Shown: one piece after another, positions 24,351 to 36,621 of the stretch | Layout of the letters: each line of letters opens with the position of its first letter | How positions within the stretch are numbered: the stretch's first letter is position 1 | Assembly (NCBI GenBank): GCA_951406725.2 | Contig: OX597819.1 | Location: 54,932,001-54,996,000 of the forward strand | Reading direction: 5' to 3' | DNA length: 64,000 nucleotides | Source of the DNA: Octopus vulgaris | Taxonomy: Eukaryota | Translations under genes and position numbers: made by a program | Notes under the pieces: generated by a model | Database searches by the model: none | What the model saw: the letters and a program-made list of their open reading frames with translations, nothing else | What the model was told of the DNA's origin: nothing

Positions 24351-25994
24351 CTATATATATATATTGGGGGAAATGAAGGAAGGAGGGAGAGTATTCCCAA
24401 ATTGGATACTTGGCTGAAATGCTTATCACAAAGTGCTCTTCACTAAAAGCACCCAACGTGCCTGATAGTGGTATCAAACTGGGTGACATTAAGTTTTACA
24501 TCCATCTCATTTCTTGTCTTCACATTATTTTCTGAATGTGGCAGCAAAGTGGTGGAATTGTTAGCATGCTGGGCTGAGTGCTTAGTGGTATTTAGTTGGT
24601 CTTTATGTTCTGAGTTCAAATTCTGCCATGGTTGACTTTGCCTTTCATCTTTTCGAGGTTGATGAAGTAAGTAGTAGTGAAGCCCTGGGGTGGTGTAATT
24701 AAATTACCCCCTCCCCCAAAAATTCAGGCCTTGTGCCTTTGGGAGAAAGGATTATTTTCTGATTGTGAGATTTGTAGTAAACACACGTTTTAATTATCCT
24801 CCTGTAGTCATCATCATGGGGGCAGGTATGGCTGTGGAGGTTTAAAAGTACACTTCACAAATGCATATGGTTTTGGATTTAGTATGAGTGCACAACACTT
24901 TGGGCCAAAGGTCCTTCAACTATAGCCTTGGACCAGCTAATGCCTTTTGAAATTAGTCTACAAAAGCTATAAGGAAGCTCACTGCATGTGTGTGTGTGTG
25001 TATTTTTGTGTCTGTCTCTGTGTCTGCATCCTGTCTCTGTTTTCTGCGTCCTGTCTCTGTGTCTCTTTATCTCTCTCTCTCTCTCTCTCAAGTTGTTATT
25101 TCTGCTTCTTTGCATGAGACTGCTTGAATTAAAAATGTTGTGTTTGCATTCCTGGGGAACATTATATCCTGCAGCTCTGCTAAGTTATGGGGAATAAAAA
25201 GAAATCTCTTGCAAAACAGATAATAAGCAAAGCATCCGACTATAAAATACTGCCTTCAATAAGTATCCATCTAACCTATGCCAGCACAGAAAAATGGATG
25301 TAAAATGAAGTAGTTATTTTACAAGATTTGTTAATTTTATATTCCTCTTATAAAAACTAATTGTTGCTTATTATAATTGAAATTTTTTGTAAAGAAAATA
25401 TATACTGAAAGTTTGTATTTACTTCTCTTTCCATTAACGATATCAAAGCTCCAGTTTCATTGTTAATTACTCATTAATTTGTTCAGGTCTATCCAATGTG
25501 AACAATAATTCTGTGTGTGTGTATGTGAGTGTTTTTTTTTTTCTCTCTACTCATCAAAAAGTAATTAAGAAAAGTAGTGAAATTCTTAATGAGATTAGCC
25601 AATTCTATTGTATTTGGAAAAGATTTTTACATTTAGTCATTTGTTTTTCTCTATTTTTGTTGATTAAAAAAACAAATCCTATTTTCTGTGTTAGCAAGAA
25701 TTGAGGATGCTGAAAATTATAAAGATGTTCATGAATTGTTGGAATGACTGCATAAAAGTTGAATGTCTTTTATTTTTCTACCTTGGTGTATTGTGCCTTG
25801 ATTTTAAGAGCACAATGGGGAGTAAGTTAATCTGGTTTAAAAGCTGAATGTCTGTGTTACCCCACTGGGTTTGAACCTGTGTCATCATCATCATCATCAT
25901 TGACCTCTGGATGTTACTATCTTAAGTTGTAGGACTCATAGGGTCGCTTACAGTTTCTTGGGTGTGTAAATGACTGACTGAATAGGATCCCAGT

Positions 25995-26225
25995 CCTATT
26001 TCTTTACTGCCCACAAGGAGCTACACACAGAGGCGACAAACAAGGACAGACAAACGGATTAAGTCAATTATATCGGTCCCCAGCACGTAACTGGTACTTA
26101 TTTTAATCGACCCCGAAAGGATGAAAGGCAAAGTTGACCTCGGCGGAATTTGAACTCAGAATCTAGCGGCAGACGAAATACCACAAAGCATTTCACCTGG
26201 CGTGCTAACGCTTCTGCCAGTTCGC
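25995..26225 (-). mobile_element. SINE family B
   Basis: Family B consensus, nested in another tRNA-derived SINE that continues to about 26390. Confidence 0.85.
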
Positions 26226-27469
26226 GATCCCAGTCCGTTGCATGGTTACTCATTTACAGCTGAGTGGACTGGACCAATATGAAATGAAATATTTTGCTCA
26301 AGACCAGAACTCTCCATTTGGTTCAGGAATTGAACCCGTGATCTTTTGACCATGAGCGCAACCCTTTTACTAGGACACACACCTTCACTTGAACAGTGAT
26401 CCTTACCTTAACCCTTCAGGCATTCAGATTAACTCTGTTGAATGTAATACTTATTTCTCCATATTGTTTTGAATTAATCATGCATTATCTTCTAGCTTTG
26501 AGATTTCGATGGTGTGTTTGTTTAGTATTAGAATGATGTTGTTACACCTACCTCCTCATTTTAGAATGATGTTGTACATGTGAAGGGCTGAATATTGCCA
26601 GGTTGAATCTAAAACAGCTGGAATTTTTGAGCTGGATATGGCCATTTTAAACACTGTAGGATTAATTGAACGATGAGTCATTGATCTAACATAGAACACC
26701 ACATTGATGTGATGTCTAATGTGCAGTTTGTTTGGTTCTGCTCTCAATTGTGTGAATAATACAGTCTGCACTGTTCTGTTTGAATACGTGTGAATAATAG
26801 TCTGCACTGTTCTGTTTGTTCAATTTTTTAGTCTGAAATATGGTGTCTTATGCCCACGATCTTCATAACCCTCCAAGACTGGTGAGAACTATGTGATTAA
26901 TGTTCCTCTTGAATAGTTGCACGAAGGGAATTCAAGAGGATTAACATATTGGAGGAAGAAAAACTGATTGAATTAGTTTATGCAAAGCAAGTGGGAGTAT
27001 ACAGTATGAGTAATAGAGGGGGGGGGGAGACAAATGTGTTGGAAGTACATGAGCGGAGGTGGCATGAGAACCATTAGATCCAGGGACAGAGAGGTCATTG
27101 TGGCAGAATTGCAAAAGGCAGTGAGAAAATAGCAACATCCGTGGGTGAGAGGTGTGTGTGTTTGTGTGTGTGTATTGGCAAGTAAGCTCATATCAATCAG
27201 TCAAGTGACCTTGGGTGGGATTTGATATCTGCATGAGTTATAGCCTCACCATGTCACAGATGGTTGGTTGGTGGGCAGAGCTGAGATACAAGATACATAA
27301 GATTTATTTCTTAATCCTTGAGAACATGTAAGAGAAAGCTTGAGCTAATCTAAAGATAAATATAAGGGGTAATAAAACAAAATGCAGTGATGGATGTTCA
27401 TGAGTTTGGATTAGTTTGTGTTCATTGCATAGAAGAGGAAACTAGCATTTCAAGACTGACCCTTCATTG

Positions 27470-27845
27470 CATGTTTCAGTTATTAAACTGTGGCCATGCT
27501 GGGGTATCACCTTGAAGAATTTTTAGTCGAATGAATTGACCGTAGTACTTTTTTTTTTAAAGCCTGATACTTACTCTATTGGTCTCTTTTGCTGAACTGT
27601 TAAATTATGGGGATGTAAACGCACCGACACCAGTTGTCAAGCAATGGTCGGGGACAAACACGGACACAAAGACATCACATAAATGTGTGTATATATATAT
27701 ATATATACATACGACAGGCTCTTTTCAGTTTCCATCTACCAAATCCACTCACAAGGCTTTGGTCAACCTGAGACTATAGCAGAAGACACTTGCCTACGGT
27801 GCTACACTGTGGGACTGAACCAAGAACCATATGGTTGGGAAGTTC
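27470..27845 (-). mobile_element. SINE family A
   Basis: Reverse complement of the family A consensus. Confidence 0.85.
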
Positions 27846-28864
27846 TTTTCAATGAAAATTTTTCAGTCTAGAAACATCAGATTCCTGTTCCTCTCGTCAC
27901 ATGTAATTTTTTTTTCAAACTCCTGAACTTTCCATTGCATGATTTTTGCTACAGAGACTACTACCACTTTCCATAAACTTGAGTTTTTGCGCAATAAAAT
28001 AAAGTGACACACCCATTCACATAGCTTGCTTAAACTTGTAATCTTTGTGTTGGTTGACTAACATTTCAACAACTGTTTTCTTCTCCCCCCCCACTCTCTC
28101 TCAGTGCTGGCTTTGTTGATCTATGAAATCAATTTTCAGTTCATATATATTTATATATTAGCTATTAAAGTAAACACTTTACAACTGAAAGCCACTTTCT
28201 AATGCTGCTCATTCAACCAGGATATGTAACTTATAAGCTATAAATATCGTATTTGTTTCACTTTGAGTAAGCTTTCATTGAATATTTTAGCAATCAGGTT
28301 TCCATTGCATATTAAGTCATTAGGTATATGGACTCTGATGTTATTCGTTAACGAAATGTATTTGTTAATGAGAGGTGTGTTAGTCAACATTTGACAAGTG
28401 GATATCTGAAGTCAATGCAGTATTTTAGATTCTTATTAATTCTTTTTCCATGTTACATTTGTACTTATTTGAAGACATGCATAGGTGCAGTCATGGTTGT
28501 GTGGTTAAGAAGTTTGCTTTTCAACCTCATGGTTTTCAGTTCAGTCCCACTGTGTGGCACCTTAAGCAAGTGTCTTTTTTTTATAGCCCCCCCCCCCATG
28601 CAGTTAAAACTTTGTGAGTGGATTCAGTAGAGAGAAATAAATGTGTGTGTTTGTGTATCTTCTTGTCTTGGCATCACATGATGGTTTTTAAGGAGTGCCA
28701 TCATACAAATGGTCTCATTCATTTCCAGCTATTCATAAAATCATGTCCAGCCATGGGGAAAATATTACCTTGCTTGCAAATAGGTGATAGTTAGTGACAG
28801 GAAGGGCATCCAGTTGTAGAAAGTCTGTATGTAATATATGTATTATATACAGTGTGTGTGTGTT

Positions 28865-28914
<50 letters not shown>

Positions 28915-28934
28915 TTTAAAACTAGAATAAATAA

Positions 28935-29250
28935 GGCACAGGTATGGCTGCATGGTAAGATGCTTGCTTCCCAACCACATGGTTCTGGGTTCAGTCCCAC
29001 TACGTGCCTTCTGCTATAGCCTCGAGCTGACCAAAACCTTGTGAGTGGATTTAGTAGATGGAAATTGAAAGAAGCCGGTCATATACATATATGTGTGTAT
29101 GTATATATTGGTGTGTTTACATTCCCGTAACTTAACGGTTTGGCAAAAGAGACTGATAGAATTAGTACTAAGCTTACAAAAAGTAAGTCCTGGGTTTGAT
29201 TTGTTTGACTAAAGGCGGTGCTCCAGCATAGCCACAGACAAATGACTGAA
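28935..29250 (+). mobile_element. SINE family A with internal deletions
   Basis: Family A head and tail motifs. Confidence 0.85.
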
Positions 29251-30245
29251 TCGTGTACACACACACACACAGACACACACACACATGATAATAAGACATA
29301 GTTTCCTTAAGAAACGTATGCATTTACCTTAAATATTATTTGTTAATTTCTTATTGTTGTAGTGGTTGTTGTTGTTATTAGTAGTATATAAGGTAGCAAG
29401 CTGGCAGAATCATTAGCATGTTGCACAAAATGCTTAGCAACATTTCAACCACCTTTACAATCTGAGTTCAAATTCCACCGAGGCTGACTCTGCCTTTCAT
29501 CCTTTCGGGGTTTATAAAATCAATACCAGTCAAGCACTGGAGTTAATATAATCAACTGGTCCTGTCCCCCAAAATTTCAGACCTTGTGCCTATTGTAGAA
29601 AGAATTATTAGGTGTATATTATTCTATTAAAACTAATATTATTTTGCAGACAGTAATAATAAATAGTAATAATGTGTTTTTGAGTGGCAAAAACAATGCA
29701 CTATAATAACAATGGACTATAATAACTGGTGTAATTTAATCATCCATATTTTGGAATATAAAAATTCCTTCTTCAGATATCCCTAGGGATTGATTGAGTC
29801 ATTACTGCAATTGATTTTCCAATGGCTTTTTTCTTTTTCTTTCACTTCTTCCTCCTTCTTTCTCTGGAAGTGTCTCTGCATTGGTCTCACAAAGCTCCTT
29901 CTGGAATTCCTCGTGAAAAGTGTGTAAGGGCAGCCATGTCTCAGGCTCATGTGTGCTGGCACATCTATAGCGCCGCTTCTAAGTTATGTATTTTATGTGC
30001 AGTTTCCTCTTTTTTCCCCTTCTCCTTTTCATTTCTCTTTCCCCCTTTTTTTTTTATAAATAATATGAGTATGTCATAAAAAAAAATCTACATGCATCCA
30101 GATGTAGCTAGAGAATATATTAACTGCCAAACTCCAGCCTGTTGTTGATTTGGGGCCTTAGTCTGTCAATGAGAATAGCTTCCTTAATTCTTAAATTACC
30201 CAAATTTTTTTCATTGGTCTCAATTGCAACTGTTATATTATTTTA

Positions 30246-30460
30246 TTGTGTCTGGGGAGAGTCATTCTCTTTTAGTGCCTTATTATTTAACACACTGGTT
30301 CGATTTCCACTCATTTACTTATAATGGACAGTCAACGACTATTGAAAAGGTTGCAAATGGCAATGAAAATTTTAGAAAAAGAGTAAATAAATGAGTGGAA
30401 ATCAAACCAGTGAGTGTGTTAAATAAGGCACTAAAAGAGAACGACTCTCCCCAGACACAA
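30246..30460. repeat. Fold-back inverted repeat, arms about 72 bp
   Basis: ttgtgtctggggagagtcattctcttttagtgcctta...tttccactcattta versus taaatgagtggaaa...taaggcactaaaagagaacgactctccccagacacaa. Confidence 0.9.
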
Positions 30461-30692
30461 ATATGCTTCAACACATTAATTCACAAAAAGAATCTTGCAA
30501 ACCAAATACAAAAGTGAAATATTATTTTATCGAGAAAGTCATAATTCATTAATTCTAATAATTAACAGGTCTGTTTAAAAAATCCCACAGCTTCCTATAT
30601 ATTATAACAAGTTCTCTATAATCAAACTTCATTCAATGAATATATGTATGGTGTAGGTATGTATGTATATGTAGTATGTATGTATGTATGAA

Positions 30693-31030
30693 GGCCATGG
30701 CTTAGTGGTTAGAGCGTCAGGCTGACAATCATGAGGTAGTGAGTTCATCTCTCAGACTGAGCTGTGTGTTGTGTTCTTGAGCAAAACACTTTCTTTCACA
30801 TAGCTGCGGTTCACTCAGCTGTAGAAATGAGTTGCGACATCGCAGGTGCCATGCTGTATCGGCCTTTGCCTTTCCCTTGGATAACATCAGTGGCATGGAG
30901 AGAGGAAGATGGTATGCATGGGTGACTGCAGGTCTGCCATAAACAACCTTGCCTAGACTTGTGTTTTGGAGGGTAACTTTCTGGGTGCAATCTCAATGGT
31001 CATCCATGTCTGAATGGGGTCCTTACCCTT
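30693..31030 (+). mobile_element. tRNA-derived SINE family D
   Basis: tggcttagtggttagag A box, gagttc B-box-like motif and gtgttcttgagcaaaacactt core. Relatives at about 31952-32240, 51474-51615, 52163-52330 and 59357-59475. Confidence 0.75.
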
Positions 31031-32839
31031 TATGGAGAGGGGAAAGATGACTGTCCCTGGGCAGATTTGTATGCAGATATATGTGTGTGTGTGAAGGAGA
31101 GAGGGAAATACACATGTACTTACATATCTTTGTATAAGTATCTATGTCTAGGTATGTATAGTTATATCTATAGTTTTAACTATCCACACTTTGACTAACT
31201 ATGCAAATTTTGTTTATTTGATGTATGTGTGTGTGTGTGTGTGCATATGCATTAGTACCTGGAATAGAAGAAAGTTCACAGGTCAGTTTATTAAGATGTT
31301 TAGTAATGAATTGTTATGAAACTGCCTGTCCTAAAAAAAACAATTCTCAGAACTTCTGGAATGCACCTTGTATGTATGTATGTATGTATGTATGTATATG
31401 TGTGCGTGTGTGTGGGAGGGGGGTGCTTTAGCAGGGGTGTATGCTTGACAGGCTTTGCGACCCAATTAGCACATGATCGGTAAAGCAGACCTTACTACTG
31501 CCAATTTATGCTGACATGTTGTCTTCTTACTTTCTTAATTTCTGCTAAATGATTTTAATTCTTTTCTACACAAAACCAACACAAGAAAAATATAAAATTA
31601 AGTTGGGGTTGTCATGTTTATTATATCTTAAAATAGATATATATACATTTATATGTATTAATCTCTTGGCAGGGTTTTTTTAACCCTCAAACTGCTTTTA
31701 TATTATTATAAATGTGGTTCTACATGTAACCATTTTGATATATTTAAATGCTTTCTGCAATAAGCAAACACTTCATTTAAAATGACTCCAAGGAAGGTGT
31801 GAGATGTCACACAAGTGCTCAGCCCTTGTAGCTGAAACAACTGTAAGCTAATGAAAGTGACTGCATAACTTAAGTTTTTTTTTGTCATTCATTAATTAAA
31901 CTTTGTACTCACCCGATGCTTTACTTTAAAGTATAAGTATATTGAGCTCTGTGGAGGCGCAATGGCCCAGTGGTTAGAGCAGCGGACTTGCGGTCGGAGG
32001 ATTGCGGTTTTGATTCCCAGACCAGGCGTTGTGTGTGTTTATTGAGCAGAAACACCTAAAAGCTCCACGAAACTCTGGCAGGGGGTGGTAGCGACCCCTG
32101 TTGTACTCTTTCACCCCAACTTACTCTCACTCTCTCTTCCTGTTTCTTGAGTAACGCTGCAATGGATTGGCGTCCTGTCCAGCTGGGGGGGAACACATAT
32201 GCCACAGAAACCGGGAAACTGGGCCAGGCTTGAAAAAGGCACATAAATAAATAAATATTGAGCTCTAATATTTGGTTACTAGTATTGCTATGCCTAAGCA
32301 AAATCAGTATACACACACACACACACACACATCCAAATGTTTTGCCATAGGTAAATATTACCTTGCTTGGAAACAGATGAGGGTTGGTAGCAGGAAAGGC
32401 ATCTAACTGTGGAGAATCTGCTTCTTGAAGTACCATAGCATAAGGTCAACCAATTGCAATAAACTTATAGGTGTACTGTAAAACTTATTGGGCAGTGTGC
32501 AACGCCTATTTCAACTCCCTTTGTGGATATAATATGGAGTAGGGACCATGGTCTCTACTTGTCTGATTTGTCTGGGATGCTCATTAATATGAGGAGGTGA
32601 CTTGATGACCCAATGGGATTAATAGACTCATTTCTTCTTTACTGGGATATATTCCAACACCCAAGAATTCTCTAAATTACTGAGCAGATAAATCAGTTAA
32701 CCTTTTGCTACCATATTTTTGTTAAAATACTCTACCTTTGTTTCAATTTTGAAATAAATGAAGACTAATAAAATATATTTTGAGATGGTGGTTTTTTTTT
32801 TTTTTTTTTCCTTGTCAAATAAACACACACACACACTAT

Positions 32840-33053
32840 TCTTTCTTCACTTGTTCGCAGTTGTTCTTATTTTATGTCCATTGTCTGGTGATCTTTTGTC
32901 ATGCATCCTCTGACCTCTTCAACTTTCCATCCTGAACTGAACAAGAAGAGACACATGTGATGCAGAATTGCTGAAGAGGTCACAGGATGTGTGACAAAGG
33001 ATTACCAAACAATGGACATAAAATTAGAACAATAGCAAACAAATGAAGAAAGA
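32840..33053. repeat. Fold-back inverted repeat, arms about 82 bp, bounded by (CA)n and (TG)n
   Basis: Arms 32840-32921 and 32972-33053. The right arm begins ctgaagag-gtcac-aggatgt-gtgac, a hammerhead-like box and stem. Confidence 0.85.
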
Positions 33054-34399
33054 TTTGTGTGTGTGAGAGAGAGAGAGAGAGACAAGAAAAAATGTAAATG
33101 ATCATCCCGAAATATAACAATATCTGTTTGAACACACAGTTTCACATCAGGAATCTTGCAAAACAAATCCATAAGTGTAATAAAATAACTTTGCCATTAT
33201 TAAGATGGTATTTGAAACAAATTAACAGGAAATTTTAATGGAAAGTTTTAATTAAAATCACTTTAAGCAAAAAGATTGCATCATCAAACCAGGGGTGGTC
33301 TTAGGTGGGTTGGAATCAAAAAGTTTTATTAATGGTAAACATACTGCATTATCGCTAACTTATATTGCTCAAAGTCTGAAAAAGAAAATAAGCTCAAACT
33401 CCCATTATTTGTAATATCTCTTTTGTTACCCTTATGTTATTCCATACATTTTGATATTTATAAAAATCATTTTATGTAGTTCATCTTTTATCCTATAACA
33501 TTATCTAGTTTTATGAAACATTTCCTAATTTTAGCAGTAAAGTTTTCGTAGTCTGCAGCATAGGTTGTCTTTTGTTGATAAATAATGTTTTTATATTCTG
33601 CTTGATTCAATGACTGGAATGAATATTGGTTAACTAGTCACTGTGACAAAACTTGCATTGTGCCGTTTACTTAAAACATACTGCTTTCTTGTTTAATTTC
33701 CATGTAGTTTCTCCCTGAAATGTAGGCACATTTCTCTTCATACTTTAACAGTGGCAAGTAGAAAAGTTGTTTGTCTACAAAAATCTTCTGTGGCATGGCA
33801 ACTTGTGGAATTGTATGACTGTGTAGTTAGGAAGTCTACTTTGAAAACCCACATAATTCCTGGTCTGGTCCTACTTCATGGCACTTTGGACAAGCAAATG
33901 CCTTCTACTATAGCTTCAGGTTGAGCAACACCTTTTGAGTGAATTTTGAATGGCACAAACAATATGGTTAGCACGCCGGGCGAAATGCTCAGCGATATTT
34001 CGTTTGCCGTTATGTACTGAGTTCAAAATCAACCGAGGTCGACTTTGCCTTTCAGGGTCGATAAATTATGTACCAGTTACGCACTGGGGTTGATTTAATC
34101 ACCTTAATCCCTTTGTCTGACCTTGTTTGTTCCCTCTATGTTTAGCCCCTTGTGGCAATAAAGAAATAAGAAACAATATGGGTGCCTATACAGTGTATAT
34201 TTTGTGAAAGAAACCTCTCTCTCTTTCTCTCACACACACACACAGACACAATGTGTGCGTATGTGTGTACATACGTGTCTGTATGTCTCCACAGTGACAC
34301 CTGGACAATAGGAACATTTGTCCTCTGGAGCTTGTTCCTTTAACATGCATGGGTCAAATTTTATTGAGGCAGGTTTTCTATGATTTGATGTCCTACCTG

Positions 34400-34559
34400 T
34401 TGGACAAAGACAGGTGGTGTAGACAACAAACAGATGTATTAGTTTAACGCTGGGGAAGTGAAAAAGTCTTTAACGTATTGAGCCTACGCTCTTCCACAGA
34501 AAGGAACACAAAAACAAACGGAGAGAGAAAATAAAGAATGTGTAGTGGCTAGCGATCTA

Positions 34560-34560
<1 letters not shown>
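34400..34560 (-). mobile_element. Decayed copy of the hammerhead-bearing element seen at 23540-23737
   Basis: Shares acgct..ggaa..tttaacgt.t.gagc...gctcttc...cagaaa. Catalytic boxes at 34468-34503 are mutated. Abuts (CA)n. Confidence 0.6.
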
Positions 34561-34626
<66 letters not shown>

Positions 34627-34646
34627 TGTGTGTGTGTGTGTGTGTG
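34561..34646. repeat. (CA)n followed by (TG)n microsatellite
   Basis: Read directly. Confidence 0.95.
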
Positions 34647-34647
34647 C

Positions 34648-35020
34648 AGGCATAGCTGTGTGATAAGAGGCTTGCTTCCCAACCACATGGTTCCAGGTTT
34701 AGTCCCACTGCAGGGCACCTTGGGTAAGTGTCTTCTGTTATAGCCTTAGGCTGACCAAAGCCTTGTGAGTGGATTTGGTAGATGGAAACTGAAAGAAGCC
34801 TGTTGTGTATATTATGTTTGTGTGTCTGTGTTTGTCCCTCCACCATCACTTGACAACTGATGTTGTTGTGTTCATGTCCCTGTAACTTAATGGTTCAGCA
34901 AAGAGGGACTGATAGAATGAGTACTAGGCTTACAAAGAATAAGTCCTGGGGTTGATTTGTTTGACTAAAGGTGGTGCTCCAGCATGGCCACAGTAAAATG
35001 ACTGAAACAAGTAAAAAAAA
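34648..35020 (+). mobile_element. SINE family A, full length
   Basis: Family A consensus. Confidence 0.9.
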
Positions 35021-35043
35021 TAAAGAATACACACACACACACA

Positions 35044-35257
35044 AGAGGGATGCTTAAAAGTTCCTGGCTTTTGGGTAAAAGAAAATACAGGAGAATCAAT
35101 TAATTGTGTTTTATACAACATATTCCCTTCTCAGATTCACACACTTATTGCAGTGGTCCTTCAGTTTTTCTAAGCCCTGTAAAAGAACTCGGAAGTTTGG
35201 GCCTCCAACCAGGCCTTTTGTGATACCCTTAAAGCTGGGGACTTTTCAGCACCCACT
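35044..35257. mobile_element. Tc1/mariner-type MITE
   Basis: Imperfect TIRs gagggatgcttaaaagttcctggcttt / aaagctggggacttttcagcaccc. A second copy lies at 43667-43870. Confidence 0.75.
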
Positions 35258-35377
35258 AATAGTTAGGTTCATATGTTCAACCATGTGTACATGGGTGGGT
35301 GGGGTTCTAATGGGCTTCACTGCAGTTTCTGTACTATAGGGATAAACATTACAGTTTTGTCTTCAATGTATTATTAA

Positions 35378-35597
35378 CCAATTGGCATTTAAACTAGCCA
35401 CAACCAGCCAAAATATTCAATGTGCTTTATGCTGAGACTGGCCAAATCTGACCCCTCACACCTAACCTACAATGTCATTCTGGAAATAATCTGCTGTGTC
35501 ATTATAATCTTGAGGCTACAAGATAGTTCATGATTAATTCAAAATAATGTGAATGGATAAGCATTTCATTAAACAGAACCATCTGAATGCTTAAGGG
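35378..35597. mobile_element. piggyBac-like MITE
   Basis: TTAA-CC...GGG-TTAA ends. Related sequence at about 21200-21413 and 26410-26660. Confidence 0.5.
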
Positions 35598-36415
35598 TTA
35601 AGCAGTTATCGATTTGTTAGGTGAGGTATTTTATTGCATGTTTCTGAGTAAGAGAAAAATTATTTCTACACTGTTTCATTTGTTCTGATTGTGACAAAGA
35701 GGTACAAGATCATCTGAAGGGAGTTACTTGGAACTTATTTGCTTGTTGTACTGTTCATTCATTCATATCATTGTTTGGTGTCTGTTTTCTTCCCCATGCA
35801 AGTAAGAGTTAGATTGGGAGTTATTTAAGGTAGGATTTTCACAGCCTGGTGGTCTTTCTATTTATTACCTGCCATTACCTATTTTTCAAATGAGTTTATT
35901 CTAGAGGCCTTTGAAATGTAAAAGAGCACCCACTTATAATGTGAACATCACATTTTTCAATCAGTGACAAGCGTGGAATATCAACATTTTCACAAGATCA
36001 TGTGTACATGCACACAAACATTTTCTATATGTGTATGTATTTGTATGTATGTTTGTGCGTATATATTTGTATGTATGTATGTATGTGTGTGTGTGTGTGT
36101 ATGCAACAGGCTTCCTGTAGTTTCTGTCTACCAAATACACTGATAAGGCATTGGTCACTCCAGTAGAATACTCATCTCATCTTCAATTAATGTTTAGAGA
36201 AACAAGAGTTGGGCACTAGTTTTATTGATCATTAATTATCTTTAATTGCTTTGTTATACTGATGATATGAAAAACTCGTATTATGGTGTCATAACTATGT
36301 ATGTAAAAATTCCTTCATGTAAATTTAAGTTGAAATATTTTATGGTAAATTTTATTCTACATCTATTAATTTTCAAATTTCTTTCTTTCTTTTTTTTTTT
36401 TTGTATTGTCCTCAG

Positions 36416-36621
36416 GTCATAACAATAAATACTGGAGCATTGGTGAAGATGGATCTCTTTTTGCCGACAGCACAGGTCCCACTCCGTTCATTCTTGAATT
36501 CCGTGGACAGTCCATGTTTACTGTCAAAGCACCAGATGGTTCTTTCTTAAAAGGTGAACAGAATGGTATATTCAAGGCTACTGGAAAAGAAGTAAATGCC
36601 TCTACTTTGTGGGAATTTTAA
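36416..36621 (+). CDS. sn: Fascin terminal coding exon
   Basis: Long poly-T tract and ctcag acceptor. Translates (G)HNNKYWSIGEDGSLFADSTGPTPFILEFRGQSMFTVKAPDGSFLKGEQNGIFKATGKEVNASTLWEF then TAA. The LWEF ending matches the fascin C-terminal LWEY/F. Confidence 0.96.

Noticed and set aside
26751-26819. Short direct duplication tgtgaataata..gtctgcactgttctgtttg (similar case at 12766-12811)
   Set aside because: Two-copy local slippage duplication with no further structure.
36406-36415. TTG start given by the ORF track for the 71-aa ORF
   Set aside because: These bases are the intron acceptor region. The exon starts at 36416.
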